Both the position numbers and the translations under genes were made by a program. From the human T2T-CHM13v2.0 reference genome, Homo sapiens: 64,000 nucleotides of DNA. The notes beneath the pieces are model-generated. The model had not been told where the DNA came from, did not search any database, and was given only the letters and a program-made list of their open reading frames with translations. Within the stretch, counting starts at the first letter, position 1, and each line of letters begins with the position of its first letter. The stretch is taken from the NCBI RefSeq assembly GCF_009914755.1, contig NC_060933.1, one strand, 5' to 3'. Shown here piece after piece: positions 58,410-64,000 of the stretch.

Positions 58410-59570
58410 ATTTATACATGGGTTTTGAAAACTATGTATAACTGCATAATAACTACACAAAAAATATGTTATTTTAACCATCTCAAAGTGCTTTCTTTTG
58501 ATCAATTCTACCATGTCAATATCTACAACTACCTCTGCCCAAGGCAATGACTGATCTTATTTCTATGATTATAGATTAGTTTTACCTATACCAGCATTTA
58601 ATATAGATGACAATATAAAATGTATTATCTTTGCTTCTGGATTCTTAATTCAACATCTTATTTTGAGATTTGTCCATGTTGTTGTATGTATCAATACCTC
58701 CTTTTTTTATTGTTGTATGGTATTGTAGCATAAATATGCCACAATTTGTTTATTCATTCTGTTACATATTGTGGTTTTTACTATTTGGCTATTTGGATAA
58801 AGCTGCTATACACACCTTTGCACAAGTGTTTTATGAATGTGTATATTAACTTATCCTTCTTTTAAAATTCATTTATATTTCTAAGAGTGCAAATACCTTA
58901 TAATTGGGTAGATGTGTAATTGACTTTACAAGTAACTAACAATGGCTTTTCAAAGATATTTTATAACACCCACTAACAATCATATGTGAGTTCCATTTGC
59001 TCCAAATACTTAACAGTACATATAAGTGTCCGTCTTTTTAATATAATTCATTCCACTGATTTGGAGATGAGATAGAGGATATAAAGAAGCTATTCTGCCA
59101 TCCATAGGTTCACTTTACCAGGTGGAAACCTCTGTGGGAAAGGAGACAGATGACTTGGTCTAATACCTTTATCTAAATGAGTTTCTTCTTTTGAAAGAGT
59201 GAATAATATCTACACATATTATTTATATTTATTTATTTTGTTGATTTATTCATCTATAGATGGACACAATTTGATTTCATAGCTCAGCTACTGTGAATAC
59301 GCTGCAATAAATATGGGAGTGCAGATATCTTTGGATATTCATTCCTTTTGGATATATACGCAGAAGTGAGATTGCTGGATCACATGGTATTTCTATTTTT
59401 AATTTTTTTGAAAAGTCTCCATACTTTTTTCCATAATGGCTGGACTAACTTACATTTCCATGAACAGTGTAAAAGAGTGCACTTTTTTCCACATCCTCAC
59501 CAACACTGGTTATCTTTTGTCTTTTTGTTAGCTATCCAAGCAGTAGTCAAGTGATATTTAATTGCTGGAT
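58410..59570 (-). mobile_element. L1ME/L1M fragments (antisense)
   Basis: TTTTGAGATTTGTCCATGTTGTTG..AATATGCCACAATTTGTTTATTCATTC; GGGAGTGCAGATATCT..GAGATTGCTGGATCACATGGTA. Confidence 0.75.
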
Positions 59571-60074
59571 ACTTTGTCTCTTAAGTGTCCTTAGTATAAT
59601 GTTCATGGCAAAAAGAATTACTTATACTAACCTACACACAGTAATTTATGAATCAGAACTTCCTAGAGAATATGTGAGTTATGTAGTCCTCTGAAATATA
59701 ACATTGAAATCATTCATAACTTAAAGAATCTCTTTAACTGAAGTGTCCCACAAAAGCTCACTTGGAGAGATCATTGTTTATTCCAGGGCTAAGGGAGCAT
59801 GTTTTCTCCCTTCTGCCCTTTTTTTTTAAATTATGGTATTTCATATACATTGCAAATTTTCTCCATAGGGCTGGTAGTCTCTGGTTTTCTTTTCACACTT
59901 AAGAGAAAGGGACTATATTGCTATTTATTAGAATGTCTATGACTATAGTTGGACCTCTGAGCTTAGCTGCCTTCACTTTTGAGTGAATGAAATGGCAAAC
60001 ATACATTTTATTTGTGGGAACTACTTAGAAAAATGCAGATCCTTTCCTTGAAAGCACTTCATTTTCTAGGAAAA

Positions 60075-60122
60075 AAAATTCTAAATTTCTAAATTTCTAA
60101 AATTCTAAATTTCTAAATTTCT
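60075..60122 (+). repeat. 8-bp tandem repeat (AAATTTCT/AAAATTCT) x6
   Basis: Read directly from the sequence. Confidence 0.9.
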
Positions 60123-60875
60123 CTCCAGGAGGTTGAAATGGACAGTTGTAATTCTGCAAGAAGTGTAAATTTGGGACTATGTTTCTGACTTTTTGATATT
60201 CAGACTTTGAGATACTTCTCGATTTTGAGATTCTTACATAAACCTTTCTTTTTCATGTGCCTCATATTCCCAAGACTTAAGCTTGACTCATTAGATTATC
60301 CATAGAAAAACTTTATATTTTGTACCTGGGAGAGAAAACCAAAGCAGCAATGTTAGAGAGTGTGACAGTGATCCAGGAGATAAAATATTCAGGTAAAGGT
60401 TGGAAGAATGTCTAAGGAAGTAAAAACAGTGGGTGAAGTGGTTGAAGATGAATTTAAGGCCAGGATGTTCTAAGTAGAAGGAAGGGAAAATGGTCTAGAA
60501 GCTCCATAAACACACAAAACAGGCTGTAATGTGCTGTAAGATGCTAACATGCTGTAGAAGATTTAGTGCTTTTAATGGTGAGACATTTTTAATAAAAATA
60601 AGAAGTGGAGATTATTTATTGAAGTTTATTGGATATGTTATATAGGAGGTACTGTCTCAGCAAAGAATGTGTTTAGTAGAACGTAACAGAAAATTGAGTT
60701 ATAGAGGCTGAAATGATCAAGGCTTTATTTTTCTCACCTAACAGTCTAAGAAGGCATTTTCTGATTTCAGTCAACTTATTTAGTGGTTTCCTAAGGAACT
60801 AAAACTCTTTCTGTTTTTGTTTCTCTATTCTAGCCGCTAACTTTTTATGCCTACACTTTATCCCTAATAAATGTA

Positions 60876-61071
60876 ATTACTAATGTTGGATGTAAATGGC
60901 TTAAATGCTCCACTTAAAAGATACAGAATGACAGAATGGATAAAAATTCAACAACCAAGTTTGTGCTCTCTTCAGAAGACTCACCTAACACATAAGAACT
61001 CACATAAACTTAAGGTTAAGGGGTGGAAAAAATATTCCATGCAAATGGACACCAAAAGTGAGCAGGAATAG
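60876..61071 (+). mobile_element. Isolated L1PB-type ORF2 endonuclease fragment
   Basis: Translates LDVNGLNAPLKRYRMTEWIK..QKTHLTHKNSHKLKVKGWKK, the L1 APE N-terminus. Confidence 0.88.
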
Positions 61072-61171
61072 AGAAATCTTAATTTGCATAGGGATATTTA
61101 ATTACTGCATATTAAGTCACATTTTTCTTTCTATCATTATTTACTTATTTTTTTCTAAATATACTTTTGGA

Positions 61172-61325
61172 TTTCATTTTATTTATGTTTGAGACACTGT
61201 CTCATTCTCTCACCCAAGCTGTAGTGCTGTGGCCCAACCATAGCTCACTGCAGCCTCGAACTCTCAGGCTCAAATGATCCTCTCACCACAGCCTTCAGAG
61301 TGGCTGGGACTACAGACTCACCACC
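61172..61325 (-). mobile_element. Alu right arm (AluJ/FRAM), antisense
   Basis: TTTGAGACACTGTCTCATTCT..CATAGCTCACTGCAGCCTCGAAC..GCTGGGACTACAG. Confidence 0.88.
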
Positions 61326-61465
61326 TCAAAACAGATGATGAAGCAAGAGCAAATAAAAATTTCTTTGGCTTCCAAAAATCTCCTGAAAAAAGAGAGTTTT
61401 TATCAAGCTCCGAAAGCCACTCAGGTAAAGCTAGCACTTTTGTCAAGGAAGGAGCAGAGGAAAGG

Positions 61466-61631
61466 AAAATTAGCGAGGCATGTTGTCGTGCGCCTGTATC
61501 CCAGCTACTCAGGAAGCTGAGACGGGAGGATTGCTTGAACCGAGAGGCAGAGGTTGCAGTCAGCTGAGATTGTGCCACTACATTCTAGCCTGGGTGACAG
61601 GGCAACACTCCATCTCAAAAAAAAAAAAAAA
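61466..61631 (+). mobile_element. Alu right arm (AluJ-like), sense
   Basis: AAAATTAGCGAGGCATG..CCCAGCTACTCAGGAAGCTGAG..CATCTC plus A tail. Confidence 0.9.
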
Positions 61632-62516
61632 GTACTTAATTTTTTACCAGAAAAAATACTCCAAAGAAAAAGTTATTTTGATAGTGTTTCACCTGTAACT
61701 TTCAGAGAAAATAAAATACCCTCAACATTCCAATGGGTTGGCAAGATTGCACTTCAGATGTGTGTGCATAGGTGTGCCTGTCTAGTATATGTAATAATGA
61801 TATATATTGATTCTATAACAAATATTTAAATTTATTTTTATAAATATAATTTTTAATTATACAAGTTATTTGCAAAAATTTATTTTTTAACTTCCTATTC
61901 TACTTTTGTAAGCCCTGAAAAATATCCTAAATTTAATACAAGTCTGAAACATTTATTTAGTTGCCTCTCCAAGGTATTTCCTAGGTTCCAAAGGTACAAA
62001 GATAATTAGAGTAACAACTTTGCCTCTAGCAGATAAAAATTTAGAGAAACTTAGTAGCTACTGGTTAAAACAAGCAAACAAACAGAAACCCTCAACTAGA
62101 GAACTTCATAGATTTTTAAATGAAAAAAACTTACTTGTATTGGGATATGCATATTGCAAACAAGCTAACTTGAGATTTGAGAAAAAGACAGCATGTTTTG
62201 TATGAGTGACAGGGCCTCCCAAAAGCATTTTGCACGGCATAAAAATTAGAAAGTTCTAGAGAGTTATGAAAAAAATACATGAAAAAGAAAGGTAATAAAT
62301 TGGTCTTAATTTAAATATCAGAATTACAGAAATCATTTTTCTACAGTCTAATTTAGCTAGTTTTTAACAAATTCTTATAGATCTTTTTTTCTTCTCTCCC
62401 ATCATACAGCCATCCTTGATCAAATATTATTTACTCTATCTTCCAAACATATTGCTACTTCTTCCTTACCACCCCTACTGGTAGTACTCTTGTCTAAGCT
62501 ATCATTGCTCCTCTGA

Positions 62517-63207
62517 TGTTGTGGCCAGAAAAATATGCCGCCTCAAATTCTTACTTCATATATGAGTGAGAACATCCAAAATATATCCTTCTGTGCCTGG
62601 CTTATTTCACTTAACATAATGTTCTTCATTACACATTTTATAACTGTATTAAAATATGACATATATACCATAATTACATACAAAAATTATATGCTCATAA
62701 AAATTGAAAATTAAAATTGAAAGAATTCCTGCTTCAAGAGGCTTGCTGTATTAACAGATCCATCTTCAGCACTTTGGAATCCAAAGCTGCTTTGTGCTGA
62801 AGCCAAACTTTCCATGGGCTGCTCCCCACCAATGACTGAGCACGGCAAAGATCTAAGTCACATGCATTCCTCAGAGATGTGGGATCCACGTGACAAGATG
62901 TTCTTGACTCTAGAATTCTGTCAGCCTTGCCAAACTTCCTTAGATATGTACCAAAATCGAAGACTGACCTTTCTTCCCTCCCTCCCTTCCTTCCTTCCTT
63001 TCTTCCTTCTCTCCTTCCTTCCTTCCTTCCTTCTTCCATTCCTTCCTTTTTCAGAATAGTCAGACCTTAACCTAGGTCTTTTGGCTCTCCCAGCCTCCTC
63101 TAGTCCCATCTCCATTTTCCCTCCCAGACATTTCCCTCAATAGATCTCTTGTACATGGAATCCTGTCTTGGAATCTGCTTGCTTCCCACAAGATCCAGAA
63201 TAACACA
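62517..63207 (+). mobile_element. LTR16A-type ERVL solo LTR with an internal (CTTC)n tract at about 62968-63050
   Basis: GGGCTGCTCCCCACCAATGACTGAGCACGGC..TCAATAGATCTCTTGTAC..TAACACA. Confidence 0.8.
62559..62723 (+). mobile_element. Short L1MA 3' end with inverted 5' segment
   Basis: Antisense GAGTGAGAACAT..GGCTTATTTCACTTAACATAATG (62559-62630), then the sense terminal segment; TSD AATTCTTACTTCA / AATTCCTGCTTCA. Confidence 0.7.
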
Positions 63208-64000
63208 CCATTGTTACTGAAGTAATATTCCAAGTGATCTTGCTCTTTTATTCGCCAACAGACAATCCTCATTAACCAAACAGCTAGAATTCTCTTTTAA
63301 AAATGTAATTCAGAATATTACTTCTATATCATATCCCCCTACAGCTTTTCTGCATATTCTGATTAAATACCAAAGTCCTTAAATTTTATAAGACTGAGGT
63401 CCTTGTATTAACACGTGCTGTTCTATCATCTGGGAATTCTCTTTACCAAATAATCACATGACTTACTCCTTCACCTACTTTAAATTTTTAAACTTTGACA
63501 TTTAAATGAAGCTTCCCTGAGCACCCTTTTCAAAATAGCAACCTTTTGCAGCCTTCAGATATATTCTATCTCCTTTTCCTACTTTCCACTGAATGGCTGC
63601 AGCAGTTCTCTCTGGTTGCCTAACAACACATGGCAGAGACTAAAGGGACTATAAAGTTCCCTCATACCACTCCCACTCCGTTATTTCTAGCCTCAATTCC
63701 ATGAAGGTCTCTAGGTTATCAATACAGACATGCAACTCCCATGGGCATCTGATTATTTCAGCCGAAGGTTGTTTGACCTCTCTGGCAAAGCATCTTAATG
63801 ATTATAAAATCCAGAAGCCACATGTTTGGATTCTACCTGTCTCCTAGAGTCCTTACAAAATGTGGAACAGTAATGAAGAGCAATCACTCTTTTGGAAACA
63901 ATCCAAACTGCATAATTGCAAGCCTGGCCCCTGCATACCTTTCTATAGCACGAGAGTCTTTAGAAATCTATTTTTTATTTCACTGTTAACCCTTAGCCTG

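Larger units (their letters stand above)
62380..63575 (+). mobile_element. L2 remnant split by LTR16A
   Basis: CTCTATCTTCCAAACATAT..CTAAGCTATCAT before the LTR; CTTTTAAAAATGTAA..AAAGTCCTTA..AAGCTTCCCTGAGCACCC after it. Confidence 0.6.

Noticed and set aside
60075-60122. Regular short repeats as a CRISPR-like array
   Set aside because: Simple 8-bp tandem with no spacers, in a eukaryotic context

Overview
This is AT-rich primate genomic DNA, most likely human or great ape given an AluY and an L1PA2-type 3' fragment. No protein-coding gene can be supported: the longer ORFs in the track lie inside Alu, L1 or LTR sequence, and I recognise none of the rest. The window is intergenic or deep-intronic and dominated by nested transposable elements. 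These include about 14 Alus or Alu fragments, old L1M/L2/MIR remnants, Tigger-family and hAT DNA transposons, solo LTRs (MER41B, LTR1/28-like, MER50, MLT1, MLT2A, LTR16A) and two near full-length MaLR proviruses (MSTA 49266-52069, THE1 55325-57619). I found no convincing new multi-component biological system. The best leads are: (1) a 73-bp patch in the MSTA 3' LTR apparently copied from the THE1 provirus 4.8 kb downstream; (2) a MER41B LTR retaining tandem STAT1 GAS sites; (3) a tailless U2 snRNA retrocopy; (4) a candidate 38-nt micro-exon containing a perfect hairpin; (5) inverted Alu arms flanking an unexplained 140-bp insert; (6) THE1 LTRs with intact DUX4 and NF-kB motifs. Repeat family names come from my recall of consensus sequences and need RepeatMasker/Dfam confirmation. 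Boundaries of the old elements are approximate.
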